A DNA stretch of 64,000 nucleotides from Heteronotia binoei (taxonomy: Eukaryota), in assembly GCF_032191835.1 (NCBI RefSeq), contig NC_083229.1:73470001-73534000 (forward strand), written 5' to 3'. Positions 47,120-59,961 of the stretch are shown piece by piece (position 1 is the first letter of the stretch; every line of letters starts with the position of its first letter). Position numbers and translations under genes: made by a program. The notes below the pieces were generated by a model that worked only from the letters and a program-made list of their open reading frames with translations, made no database searches and was not told the DNA's origin.

Positions 47120-47309
47120 GTGTTGAGCAGGAATTAACAGAAACACAGTTCTGGCTGGCTTGGTGTCAGGGGGTGTGGCCCAATATGCAAATGAGTTTCT
47201 GCTGGGCTTTTTCTACAAAAAGGCCTGTGCAAAACAATTGTGACATCAGGGGGTGCAGCCTAATATGCAAATGAGTTGCTGCTGGGCTTTTTCTACCCAA
47301 AAAGCCCTG
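47120..47309. mobile_element. Octamer-bearing hAT MITE
   Basis: Two 80-bp units with ATGCAAAT at 47185 and 47265. Ends AAAAGCCCTG. Confidence 0.75.
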
Positions 47310-49256
47310 CTTGCACCCATGCCATGAAAAGCTTCAGATCTGTCCATGCCTACACAATTAGGCCTCTGTTAACTCTGGGTCATTTTAGTCAGGTCAGAAT
47401 TAAGATAAGAGTTGATGGTGTATTGTGTATGTTAGATACAGGAAAAATGCTCTTTTGCTGACTCATGCTTTATTTCCACTCCCTTGGCCTATGCAAAATA
47501 TGTTTCAAATATTTGTGTCATAGAGCTCATATACAATAATTTTGAACAATGATGGTTCCAGGTGGTTCAGGATAGCAACAGAAGCCTTTCATTGTGATTA
47601 CCAAGTACAGCATTATAAAAGTCCCCATAATTGTACTTTAAATAGAGTTTGATACCTGTTTTATGCTGGAATTGGTGCACAGCAAACAAATGAAACTAGT
47701 GAGTGCTATGCTTTAATTATGGTAAAACATATTGTATAGCTATGGTTTTCTGTAATACTAAAATTGCTTCGATAAAAAATTATTGGACTGAATTTTACTA
47801 ACAGATAAGCAGGAAAAAGAGAGCTTTGCTTCAATTGTTTGAAGTTAGCTAAAATAATTGTAATGTCTAAAAGAAAGAATCTATAGTTTTTTTCATATTC
47901 AGAGTTGCATAGCACTTCCCCCCAAAATTCCTACTACTAAGGCAATGATGTATTACTTTTACTTTCATTATATGTTTTTAATCAGAGCGAGACTTCACAC
48001 TAGACAAAGCGATGCTTTATGCATGGTCTCACTTGTTTTTGCTAAAATCTTTTGACATGATTAATTTTACTTTAATGCTTTTGTCTTGTAGTATTGGTTA
48101 AGATGATAGGGATAAACCATGGCTAAAAGACTTGCTTTTCTATCCCAGTGTCCCTGAGCATTTAATAAAAACACTTAGATGTGAGGATAAATCCAGTTGG
48201 AATTAAATTTGTTGCTGTCCAAATGTAAGGCTGCATATTGTTAAAAAGAAAGTATCATTACTGGGTGTTAGTTTTACTGCTTATATAATAATGTACATTA
48301 TATAATAATGTAGTTAACTGTCAATGTCATTAATGGAGACTGAATTTTGTACCTAACCCTATCCAAATTTACTTGGAAATAGATAGGACTGAATTCACAG
48401 GAACTGTCTTTCAAGAAACTGTCTGTGGGATTGCTACCTTAGTGGTTGCTTTGTTTTAAAAAATGGTGTATTGTCCATTGTGCTGTGGATTTACTTCCCT
48501 AAGCATTTGAGTGTGACTGTGTATTTGCATGTTAAAAATTAGAAGGCATATTCCATATTAAACTGCAGCATTGTTTCATATACAATGCTGAGAATTAAAT
48601 GATTCCCTACAATAGGAAAGCACATTACTGAAAGCTAGATCATAGTTTGATGGACACTAAGCATGCTGCACATGTTTCTAAAAATAGAAACCTACAGCCT
48701 GACCCTTATGCATGTTTACACAGAAGTAAGCCTCATTAATTTTGATGGACTTCCTCCCAAATAAATGCACATAGGATTACTGCCAGGCAGGGTGACCTTC
48801 TGATCTCAGCTCTACAGGCAGACACTATACCAGGGCTAACACCAGCATGATGTAATCACAGTCCCATCCTCAGTTGACAGCAGCCAAAATTAGTTGTTGA
48901 AACAGAAAACTGTTGTGGCAAAAATTTTCTCTTTCAAAGTACCCTGTCTGTTCTGCCACTTTCAATCGTATCATTGTGCACCTTTGATGCCCCCACATTA
49001 ACCATGTATTGCAGTCAGCAGTTAACCCATGTTGACAGTTGAATAATCCTGTGATGTCACATAGCCTTTTTTGCATATCACACACAATGCATAACTAGTT
49101 AGTCAGAGAGAGACTGTATTATCTCCTCACTCACAAGCCTTTATAGGTCTAAGGACAGGCTTCCTATTCACAGAATCCTGAGGGGTCTCAGCAGAAGGGG
49201 TGGAGTTCCTGTGCAGAAACAGTGTCTTCCTGAATAGCTTCCAAGAATACTACACA

Positions 49257-49452
49257 AAGGGCTTTTTTTGAGCAGGAATGCACAGGAACACAGTTCCGGC
49301 TGGCTTGGCATCAGGGGGTGTGGCCTAATATGCAAATGAGGTCCTGCTAGCTTTTTCAACATAAAAACCCTTTGTTTAACAATGATGATGTCAGAGGGTG
49401 TGGCCTAATATGCAAATGAGTTCCTGCTGGCCTTTTTCCAAAAAAAGCCCTG
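49257..49452. mobile_element. Octamer-bearing hAT MITE
   Basis: ATGCAAAT at 49330 and 49410. Ends AAAAAAGCCCTG. Confidence 0.8.
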
Positions 49453-50885
49453 ACTGCACCCAACACATTTATGTTGATGTCTAGGGAGCCAATATTGCAA
49501 AGGGAAGAATGGAAACCACAACAGAAAGCAGATATGATGTGAGCCATCTGGTACCTTCGCTGGCAAGGTAATACTGGGGTAAGCAGGTGATAGTGGTTTG
49601 AGTCCAGTCTGGATTGATTTAAATCAGGAGCTAAAAGGTTGACAAGGGAATAATGGTATGGGGTGAGTTCACATTTTTTTAAAAAGTGTTGAAGAGATAC
49701 CTCTGCTGATGTTTGTAACTTGTGCGAGAGGGCAGACTAACAATCAAAACAGAACTACAGTGCTTTGTGGGGATCTTCTTGGAGCATTTTGATCACTTTG
49801 AAATATAGAAATACTGTGAAATAATATAGTTCTTGCCTACCCCACTCAGTTGTGGGTAGATTATAGAATATTTGGTAGTGAGGAGATAAAAAGAGAAAAT
49901 GCCTAAAATACAGACCATAAAAAAAACAAAGTTGGATTTCAGTCCTCAATGTTTCGTCCTTCCTTCCTCCTTTCCCCATTTCTTTTTGTTCATCTAACAT
50001 GAGAGTTTAAAGTCTTCATGGTAGATTCCTTTAAGTAAAAGAGCTCAGTATAATATTTTCATTTTTCTAAAGAATGAATTTGTAAACCGCTCTTTTCTTT
50101 GCCTTCTTGTAGTTTTTGTGTCAAGTAGATGCTTTCTGCCGCCTCATGTAGACTTTACCTTTCCTGTTCCTAAACATGAAACTGAGCCAGTGAATCACTG
50201 AGGGGTCTTTTCATAGTTAGCATCCAGTGACTTGTCTTGATAAGTTATAGAATAATAGGAGCAAAATTTGGTGTTTAAGGAAATGGGGTAAATTTAATCT
50301 CTTGATAACTCCCCCATTATAACGCTCAGAGACTAGCAGTTTACATTTATCTATTTACACAGAATCTGTACACAATTTGGACACCCAATTTGATTTGGTA
50401 AACAATTATTCTCAATGGCCCAGTACATTTTCCGCATCTCACTTTATTTAGTAAGCAGTTGCAAGCACCAGGGCTTCAGCTTCAGTGTTGTGTTGAGGTT
50501 GGTTTCAGCCCTGCACTGAAAAGCTTGAGCAAGCATTGGCACAGTACTAAAGCAACAGCCTCAACTGTATGTGCTAGACAGCTTTAATGAAGACTGGCTA
50601 TCTGTAGAACTAATGACTCTTTTAGCTCATACAACTGCTGCGGTAATATAAGCAATATTTACTTCATCGCTTTTTAAGTTCTTTACTGTGATTTTCTAGA
50701 ATGTCTTATGGTTACTTTTACCAGATACAAGAGAGAAAATACATGTAGTATTCAGATGAGGAGGTTACAACAATAAATAACTGGTTTATTAGAAGATGGA
50801 GCTTGTTTCCAAAAAGCCATGGGTTTATTTTTCACAGAGAAATGACTATGGATAATTGTAAAAAAGGATAAAGGCAGTGATAATT

Positions 50886-50914
50886 GTGTGTGTGTGTGAG
50901 AGAGAGAGAGAGAG
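50886..50914. repeat. Compound (TG)n(AG)n microsatellite
   Basis: Read directly from the sequence. Confidence 0.9.
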
Positions 50915-51817
50915 CTACACAATGTCTGTTGTAAGCATGGGTTGAATTCCCATGCAACTCCATTAAGGATGCATGGCAGCTTATCCTTTCTCTTGTACCT
51001 AAATTTTTAAGTTATCCAATTTTTAAAATCTGCTGTGATTTAGCAAATAAGTCTTTATTCATTTCCAATTCATGCAAGAATATGTGAAATTTTATTTAAA
51101 TATCTTGTGCAAAAAAACAACAACCAAATAATCATTTATTGCTTTCTATGTCTGTACTAGTTCTTCTCCTCACAAGGCAACAAAGGAATTACTTAGAGAA
51201 GTAGTGTGTCAAGTGGCACACTGGGATACTTATTTGTGAATTAATCTGCTGGCAAGTAAGCAGTCTGGTCTGCCACTTGACAGCAAATATGAGCCACCTT
51301 TGCCAGCAGGTCAACTTGTAAGGAAGGGTTTTAGCTTCTATATCAAGCTGTAGATTGCTATGCTTACTCACAAGCAAATATGGTGCCACACCACACATTT
51401 GTGCAACTGAGCAGTGGCATATAGGAAGAGGGGAACTGACGCCCTTATGAAGGGTGAAGGAGGAGGCAGTGTCAGAGGCATGGAAGTTGCTATTTCAGCT
51501 GTACAAGGTGAAAAAAGGGCTGAGCTATGAAATCAGCAGCATGAAAAGGTGCTGCTACACATTCATCTACCATGCTAAAGTAACATCCCCAGTGCTTCTG
51601 CCATAGTGTCATAACACCTTTTGGTAAGGGTACCATATTCCCTCTTCTGTGCAACAAGACTCAGTGGTAAATTTCCACACAAGCTGCTGGCAGTGACTGT
51701 GAAGGATTCCTTAGTGAATAGAGTACACAGATACTTTTGTGGTAAGTCTACAGATTCACATATTGTACCAGATGTTCCCTGGAACCTTCCAGCTGTGTAC
51801 CCTGCTCAGAAGACAGT

Positions 51818-52104
51818 GGTCGTTTTCGCACTCACCTCCAGCCGGCGCGACCCCCCCTCTTCACCGCGCAGGATCTGCACGGATTTCGCACTAAATGCCG
51901 CGGAGCAGCCTTTTGCGCCGGAAACTCCCGGCGCAAAAGCCGCTCAAACGTAAATCGCCAAAAAGCAGTTTGGCGTTTGCGCGGCTTTTGCGATGGGAGT
52001 TTCCGGCGCAAAAGGCTGCTCCGCGGCATTTAGTGCGAAATCCGCGCAGATCCTGCGTGGTGAAGAGGGGGTCGCGCCGGCTGGAGGTGAGTGCGAAAAC
52101 GACC
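51818..52104. mobile_element. Near-perfect palindromic MITE (PIF/Harbinger-like), CpG-rich
   Basis: GGTCGTTTTCGCACTCACC...GGTGAGTGCGAAAACGACC with self-complementary arms over almost the whole length. 3-bp TSD AGT at 51815-51817 and 52105-52107. Confidence 0.88.
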
Positions 52105-55100
52105 AGTCTGTATTTTCAGGTATTTAATTTGCTTTCCTTTCTATGTAGCCATATTTCATCTTTTTACTATTTACACAAGGTTGGACATCTGCTTTTTCTT
52201 TGGTCATCTTTTGAAGGACTCTGTATTTGTGCCTTCTCCTAATAGTCATTTGCTTTCATTTGCTTCTGGTATTCAAAACTTTCTATATTACTTTTCATAA
52301 AGAAATTTCTATTTTATTTCTGATATGCAAAGTAGTTTTATCAGAACATCTCAAAAGCACTAATCATTTCTAAATATCCTTTAGAATGGCTTGTTAGGGA
52401 TGTAGTGAAATTGTCCCATTTCTGTGCAGCAGTCAAAACTTCTGTCGTTTCATACCATATGTAAACAGAGATACAAGACTCTACCATCTCTGCTGCTTTA
52501 TTTATTATTTTATTTTATTTATATCCCGGCCTACTCCACCGAAGTGGGCTCAGTAGATACAGTAGGTACCCTGTCAGTAGGTACCCTGTCGCATACATCG
52601 AAAGATTTGTCTGAAAACTCTGTTGCACTAAATTGCATGCTCAAAGGCATGCATTCACTCTATAATATGGGGCAAGGCCTGTGGAATACAACTATGTCTG
52701 TTTCCAGCAAAGCTGTGTAATAAAGTTATAGTCTGCAAAAAGATTTGTCTTGGATCAGTAATATATATCCATTAAAACTGAAATGTATGTAGCATCCTTC
52801 ATGGTTAAAAAATGTAGGTGGAATTGGGTTGCAGACAGACTGCAAGTCTGTGTTCAGAACGTGGATTGTGAAAAGATCATGAATAAGAAAAGTACAAGGA
52901 GTGAATCGCAGTTTGATGTAAGAAAAAGAGTCAAGAGCTCAGTAGTAGTGGAGAATATATATTTCGGAAAGGGACCAAAGGTAACAAATCAGAGTCAAAA
53001 CTAGGCAGTACCTCTTTTACTAACATTCTGAACCACAAAAACATTTAGATAGGCTTCCCATGGAAACAAAGATAATACAGGCATTACAGGATAAGTTAAA
53101 ATACAACTCTATATAGCTATTTCCTACTGAGACATTTACAAAATAATTCTGTAGTAGCCATTGAGGGCTGTCCGCCTTTTAAACAAAGCTTTTGCGCCTT
53201 TAATAGCTGGATAATAGAAATTTTAGTGAAGAAACCTTTCTGCATAAAAGGTAAAGGTGAGGTGAAGGAAAAATTAACACTTGTTAAATTTCTTTCTATG
53301 GTATGCCTACAGTGGTCTCCTGATCAAGCACTACTACTCAGGAAGAATGACTATAATTGTGTTAAGCAAACCCAGCATTCTCTTAAGTTATTTGTGACTT
53401 TGTTATTTCAAAAATTCAGACTTAGGCAAAGAACCACACATGTCTTTACTAATCTGTAATTATCTTATAAATGGCTTGTGGTGTTGCATGTAACAGTAGC
53501 AAATCCCAGAATTGTTGCTACATTACATGGTGAAATGAGTAAATAGGTAACAGCACAAAACTTTTAACTTGATCTCATGAGAATTGTACTACAATAGTAG
53601 AGGTTTTCAGAAAATAGGGGGTTCAAAAAGGCATGGCTTGAGTGGCATTAAAGAAGATTTCTGTCAGTGGCCAGGTACCTCTGTAATCTGTCTGAGCAGT
53701 TACACTGCCTTGGTAAGAATCTACAAAATTTATGTAAGACACAAGATTGTACTGTCAAATGGGTGAGCAGATCCAGCTGCCTTGCTTATATGTGAAATGT
53801 ATTCTTCTCAGGGAAAGTGTGATGTTTGAAACACATTGGAATTATGTGACTGCACAGCTGGGAATGTTGCTAGTTTTTCTTGTATGTTACTTGTTTTTCT
53901 TGTTTTTTTCACAACAAATCCATTTTGTTGATTCCGTTTGCAGTAGAAAATTACCTCTAGCTGTGGTAGATGGGAAACCTGCATCTGAAGCATGTCAGTT
54001 TAAACAAGCTATTCTTAGCATTTGCTTCAAGAAATGCCATGTTCCTGGATATGAGTTATAACAATATCAGGGAAAAATTTTGTCTGAGATTTTGACTGTT
54101 AAATATTTTTCAAAGGAGTGGGAAATTTAATGCAAAATTACAGGTGAATAAACTCTTAACTATTTGGTAGAAATTTTGATTTTTAAAAAATATACTAAAA
54201 CACTAAAAATTGAATGGGCACACTGAGATAAACACTCAACAGGGAAGGTGGTTCCTGTTTATGAGATAGAAGCAATCACATGTTATGGTGCTGGATGACC
54301 AAAGAAAGCTAAATATCTCCTACATTGGGTGCTCCTTTTCATCCTAGGTGATGAAATTTATTCCACCACGCCTAGGCATCTCAGATCATTCAGTTGCTAA
54401 CTTATTTGAAGGGCATTCACATATGTACAAGCATGCAGTAACCCTTATGCCATTACAGTCAGATGTTCCCACACAAAAATTTAATGAGTGTTTTCAATCA
54501 TAAGGTTTTTCAAATCTTACAGGGAAAAAAAGTGGTCAATCCATAAGGTGGAATCAAAGGGCTCTCTTTTGATATAATGTGTAAAAGAGGTATAAGGCAC
54601 TGAGCAGAAGCAGTTCTTTTACTAGTAATGAAGTATGGAATGGCAAAGCAGATGTGTTTGGACTGCCAGAGGAATCACAGACTGATTCTCATTCAGCTTA
54701 GGTTCGGGGAACCGAGACAAGAAGAGACAAAGCAGATATTACAGATTTAGTGCCAAAACTATTGCATTCAATGGAAGATTTAGGAACTCAGCATTTCACA
54801 GGATTGGCACCAGATACATTTGTTTTCTGTACACTACATTTGATTTCTTTTCCTCAGTCTGAACAGAAGGAACAAACAGAAGTTAACTGCTGAGGAGAAA
54901 ACTAGCTATGTCATTCATGTTGCATTTCACTTCTTTGTTTTTGGTTGGCTGCAAGTTCTGATTAATTCAGTAATTTGGATTATCTTGAGGTAGAGCACAG
55001 GAGGGCAGGCAGCACTGAACATCCTTTGTAATGGATGAGGGAGTGTCTAGTTTTTAAAAAGGGCAACAGGAGACTGTTTTAACTTAGGACTTGGCAGACA

Positions 55101-55149
55101 GATTTACATTCTAAAAACATTTTCTCAGTCTATCCTTTCCAGGGGGAGC

Positions 55150-55825
55150 AACACTTTGGAGACTCACTAGACAAGATAGAGACTTGGGACAAGAAAAAGA
55201 CCATGCCCCAGACCCTCAGTAGATCAAATAGAGGGTCATTCAACATGCATTTCTTTCATCCCCAGCACTCATTACCAAAATTCAAGCAATACTTCAAGAG
55301 GCCTACATGGGGCTCTACCAGGCAAACCTTTAGGAAAAGGACTTACTGGCAACAAATTCGACAAACAAGCATCCAGCAGAAGTGACAGGCCTAATCGGTG
55401 CAAGAAGTCCCCAAAAGCATGACTCACAATCCGTTCGTGAGGGAGGGAGACTTTTCCAATTTCAGGAAGCCTGGATCAGTTCTCAGGAGGACTCCTGGGC
55501 CCAGGAGGTGGTCCTTCGAGGCTACTCACTAGAATTTACCAGAATTCCACCTGAAAAGTTTGTGCTGTCTCTCCTACATAGAAACCCAGTGAAGAGGAGC
55601 AAGGTAAAGCAGTATCTTCTGGACATCCAAGTAGTGATACAGGGATTGAAGAGCCATACTGGACTTGAAGTTCTTGAACAAATACATTAAACTTCAACAT
55701 TCCACATGGAAACACTAAGAACAGTCTCAATCAGGAGACTGCTTAACATCTATAGATCTCACAGAGGCCTATCTCCATGTCCACGTACTGGCTACCTCTG
55801 AAAGTTCCTCAGATTCTGTGTGGGA
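55150..55825 (+). mobile_element. DIRS-like retrotransposon fragment (gag end and RT start)
   Basis: Reads ..GGRLFQFQEAWISSQEDSWAQEVVLRGYSLEF.., AILDLKFLNKYIK, MET and SIDLTEAYLHV with frameshifts. These are typical DIRS pol motifs. Confidence 0.8.
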
Positions 55826-55829
55826 TATC

Positions 55830-56485
55830 TCCATCTCTTGGGAAAGTGTTTTTTCCCCCAGTCATGTTTATGCCCATATATTTGACTAAACTGGGAACAA
55901 GATCACAGCCTGTGGTTATTTTCATATTATCTTCTTGTTTGATAAAAAGCTTTGCAATTATTTTAGTTTTTTTCCTATTAATTTGAAATCTTGAAAAAGA
56001 ACCAAACTTTTCTATATGTTCCATAACAAATTGTGTATTATCTTCTGGATTTAAAATGGCACTACATCATCTGCATAATTCTTTAAATTAAATTCTCAAT
56101 CCCATGATGTTTTAATCTTATCTGATTCTAGAAGTAAAAGTTTCCATTGCGAGAATTAGTAGTAATGGTGACAATGGGCATCCTTGTCCCCTGTCTGAAA
56201 TCCATTAGTTAACATATTAATTAGGATTTTTGCATTTTGTTTCGTGTAAATAACTGGAATCCAACTCAGGAGTCTGGGTCTGCATTTTATATACTGTAAT
56301 ACTTTTAGCAGAAAAATCTAAGACAGGTTATCAAAGGCTTTTTCAACATCCAGAAACATAAAAGCTGCTTTTTCTTCTTTGCTTTGCATGAGTTCCATTG
56401 CATCACATCAATTATAAAATGAAGATTATCTTTCAAAAATCTCTTTGTGACAAAACCTGTTTGGTCTTGATTAATTAAGTCGCTC
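55830..56485 (-). mobile_element. Degenerate L1/Tx1 RT fragment
   Basis: The minus strand encodes QDQTGF, FLDVEK.FD, QGCPLSPLL and FGSFSRFQINRKKT..VKYMGI. Confidence 0.8.
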
Positions 56486-56489
56486 TGCC

Positions 56490-57350
56490 ATTATTGAAGT
56501 AAAAAGTTTATAAGTAGAGGATAAAGGGGATTGGTCTTCCATAGAGGGGACTCCTGGAATTCTAAGCCTTCTGTGATTTTGGACAAAAGATATTGGTAAT
56601 CCTCACTCTTTAAAAATCTTATATTTGTTCTGAGATCCCCTTTATCTTTATCAGAAAGAAATTCACCCTCTTCCCTTTCATTTGGAGTATTATCAGAAGA
56701 TGTTTCTTTCTCCAATTAGAGTGCACTGTCTCCCTTTCTTTTAAAAAACTAACACCTCCTTTTTGAGCCACTTTGGGAGCTATTTCTGTTTGGCAGTGTT
56801 CATTCTATGTATCTCTGAGGGAAGGGGAGGAGAAGGAAGAAGAACAAGCTGTATTTATTAGTTTAAGCCTTGTTTGTTGACAGAAGTTAAAAATCTCTTC
56901 TCTCATCTTTCGCCTGATGAGAGCAAAGAAGTCTGGGGAAACAGAGAAGATCCCAGGTTTGTTTACATTACTAGGCTGTTGATACGGAGCAATGATGTCT
57001 TGGATGGACTCACAATCCATAGCTGAAGTCTTTGGCTTCTTATCTCTCTGAATGGTGTTGTCAGCCTCTGCTCCCTCCAGGAAGTCAGCGGTGGTGGAAG
57101 AGTCTTGCTGTGGCTTTCATTTGAGCACACAGAGTGCCAGCAGATATTGAAGCACTGACTAAAGCCTCAGCTTCAGGAGCCTGCTGTTGCAAGCAGTGTT
57201 CTTTTGTGTACTTTTTAACCTCGTCACCCTAAGGTGACCTCGTTGGGGATCCCAAGGCAAGCCTGCTAAGGGTCTTGCCAGCTCATCTGGTGCTTTTTTG
57301 ATTGCCAGCAATGAGGGGTTCCTCCAACTCCTTGGCTGATAGAAAGCCAT
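56490..57350 (-). mobile_element. Probable DIRS gag (ORF1) N-terminal fragment
   Basis: EEGEFLSD...SEDYQYLLSKITEGLEF resembles squamate DIRS ORF1 as I recall it, and it lies next to the DIRS RT piece. Confidence 0.5.
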
Positions 57351-58063
57351 CACTATCTATTTGATGTGCTGACACCTTATAAGTGATCAAAGGAGTTTGC
57401 TCTTCAGGTTGGTAGGTCAGCAAAATGGCTGCCACTAAGAGAATGGCTCTTAGGGTGCTGTTCTAATACTCCCTGGGAGATTTAAAGGTTAGAAGCAGAG
57501 CTGAGATTAGATGGAATATATATAAAGAAGAATGTAGAAGTTAGGTATAAGGAAGGAAGGTAGAGATATGAATGAAGCTGTAGAATTTGGATATTAGATG
57601 CAGGCAAAGCCTAATCTAAGCTGCTTTCTCTTTGAGTCAAGGAAAGGACTGAAAGGAAGGGTGACTTCCACATCAAAGGCAGAAAGTAAGAAGAACTTGT
57701 TCTTGCCTCCCTGATAGATGATGGTGGGAAATACCCACCAAAAGGTCCTCAGAGAGAGAACATGAATATTTCAGTCTTTCCTTATTGATTTATAATTAGC
57801 TCTCTGTCTAGGTTTTCAGTTGCGGCACAATACCTGCCTAATATTATTAATTCTCTGAAAAATCCTATGAGGAAAATATTTCCATTTCACAGAGGGAGGG
57901 TCAGTTAATGTATAACATTTGGATTCTGAGATAAGAGTCTTGAAACAAGCCACAGATCCATAATATCAGGTTCTTTTTCATAAGGCCAGGGAAATCCCAT
58001 ATTTGAGCAATTATGTGACCTCATGGTTCACTGTGGGGAGTGGGAGACTGAGCATTTGCACAC

Positions 58064-59961
58064 TCTCTCTCGGCTTGGCTTCGCGAACGAAGATTTAAGA
58101 AGGGTGCAATAGTCCACGTTTGCTGCAGGCTCGCTGGTGGCTGACAAGACCAATGTGGGACAGGCAGGTCCGGCCACAGCGGCTGCAGGGAAAAGTCTGA
58201 TTTAGGGTTGGTCCTGTAGCAGTGCGATTCTTCCTCAATCTCCTTTTGTCCTCAAGACCAGCTATGCGCGTGTTCTCAAAGGAAGAGACAGCCTGGTGGA
58301 TGGTGTGCCTCCATGCTTTGCGATCTGAGGCTAGGTCAGACCACTGGTGATGGTTGATGTGACAGGTGCTAAGGGATTTCTTCAAGGAGTCCTTGTACCT
58401 CTTCTTTGGTGCCCCTCTATTTCGATGGCCGGTGGAGAGTTCGCCATACAGGGCAATCTTGGGAAGGCGGTGGTTTTCCATCCTAGAAATATGCCCTGCC
58501 CAGCGCAGCTACGTCTTCAACAGCAGTGCCTCGATGCTGGTAACCTCTGCCCGCTTGAGGACTTCAGTGTTGGTCACAAAGTCACTCCAGTGGATGTTGA
58601 GGATGGTGCGAAGGCAGCGCTGATGAAAGCGCTCAAGGAGTCGCAGGTGATGACGGTATAAAACCCACGATTCGGAGCCATAGATGAGGGTTGTCATCAC
58701 AACCGCTTTGTAAACATTGATCTTTGTGCCTTTTTTCAGATGCTTATTGCTCCACACTCTTTTGTGCAGTCGGCCAAATGCACGGTTTGCCTTTGCCAGC
58801 CTGTTGTCAATCTCCTTGTCGATCTTGGCATCTGAGGAGATGATGCACCCCAGGTAGCTGAACTGCTGGACTGTCTTCAGAACTGATTCACCCACAGTGA
58901 TGCAGGGAGGGTGATAATCTTCCTGGGGTGCAGGCTGGTGGAGAACTTCTGTCTTCTTCAGACTAACTTCTAGGCCGAATAGCTTGGCAGCCTCTGCAAA
59001 GCAGGACGTCATATGCTGCAGAGCTGATACCGAGTGGGAGACGAGTGCAGCATCATCAGCAAACAGTAGCTCTCGGATGAGTTTTTCCATTGTCTTGGAG
59101 TGTGCCTTTAGTCGCCTCAGGTTGAACAGGCTGCCATCGGTGCGATAGCGGATGTAGACACCATCGTCCTCATCTAGATCTACTGCGGCTCTTTGAAGCA
59201 TCATGCTAAAGAAGATCGTAAAGAGAGTTGGCGCGAGAACGCAGCCTTGCTTTACACCTGTGCCTATTGGGAAGGGCTCCGAGAGGTCGTTGCAGTGTCT
59301 GACTTGGCCTCGCTGGTCTTCGTGTAGCTGGATGATCATGCTGAGGAACCTTGGGGGACATCCTAAACGTTCCAAGATTTGCCACAGGCCTTTCCTGCTA
59401 ACGGTATCGAAAGCTTTGGTAAGGTCGACAAAAGTCACATACAGACCCTTGTTCTGTTCCCTGCATTTCTCTTGGAGCTGCCTGAGAACAAATACCATGT
59501 CGGTGGTGCTCCTGTTAGCTCTGAAGCCGCACTGGCTCTCTGGGAGGAGTTCTTCTGCAATGGTGGGCACCAGTCTGTTCAGGAGTATTCTGGCGAGGAT
59601 TTTGCCTGCGATGGAGAGCAGGGTTATCCCCCGGTAGTTGGAGCAGTCTGACTTTTCCCCTTTGTTCTTGTATAGGGTGATGATGATTGCATCGCGAAAG
59701 TCCTGTGGTAATTTGCCTTGTTCCCAGCAGGTGACAAGTACTTTGTGAAGTGAGCTATGTAGTACTGTGCCCCCATGCTTCCAGATCTCTGGTGGAATTC
59801 CATCAACTCCTGCTGCCTTGCCACTTTTCAGTTGCTTGATGGCTTTAACAGTCTCTTCTAGGGTGGGGATCTCATCCAACTCTGTTTTCACCGGTTGAAG
59901 TGGGGTGAGGTGGATTGCTGAATCTTGAACTACGCGGTTGGCACTGAAGAGAACTTTTCAG
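58064..59961 (-). mobile_element. 5'-truncated RTE-clade LINE (RT plus C-terminal C2H2 finger), young
   Basis: TSD ATTTGCACAC at 58054-58063 and 59962-59971, with a (GA)4 tail. The 460-aa and 128-aa ORFs are in frame, separated by one TAG at 58509-58511 (LLKT*LRWAGH). Motifs GKAAGVDGIP, NYRGITLLS, DLTKAFD, QGCVLAP, FADD and CSRC..SH. Confidence 0.95.

Noticed and set aside
50300-50460. Possible conserved non-coding element with a forkhead site (GTAAACA); similar impressions near 10440-10620 and 29900-30300
   Set aside because: Conservation cannot be shown without an alignment, and single short motifs occur by chance.
51621-52300. ORFs of 65-115 aa overlapping the palindrome
   Set aside because: They arise from the GC-rich, stop-poor MITE, which gives mirror-image ORFs on both strands.
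58347-59824. Alternative-frame ORFs over the RTE element
   Set aside because: They are shadow frames of the RT coding sequence.
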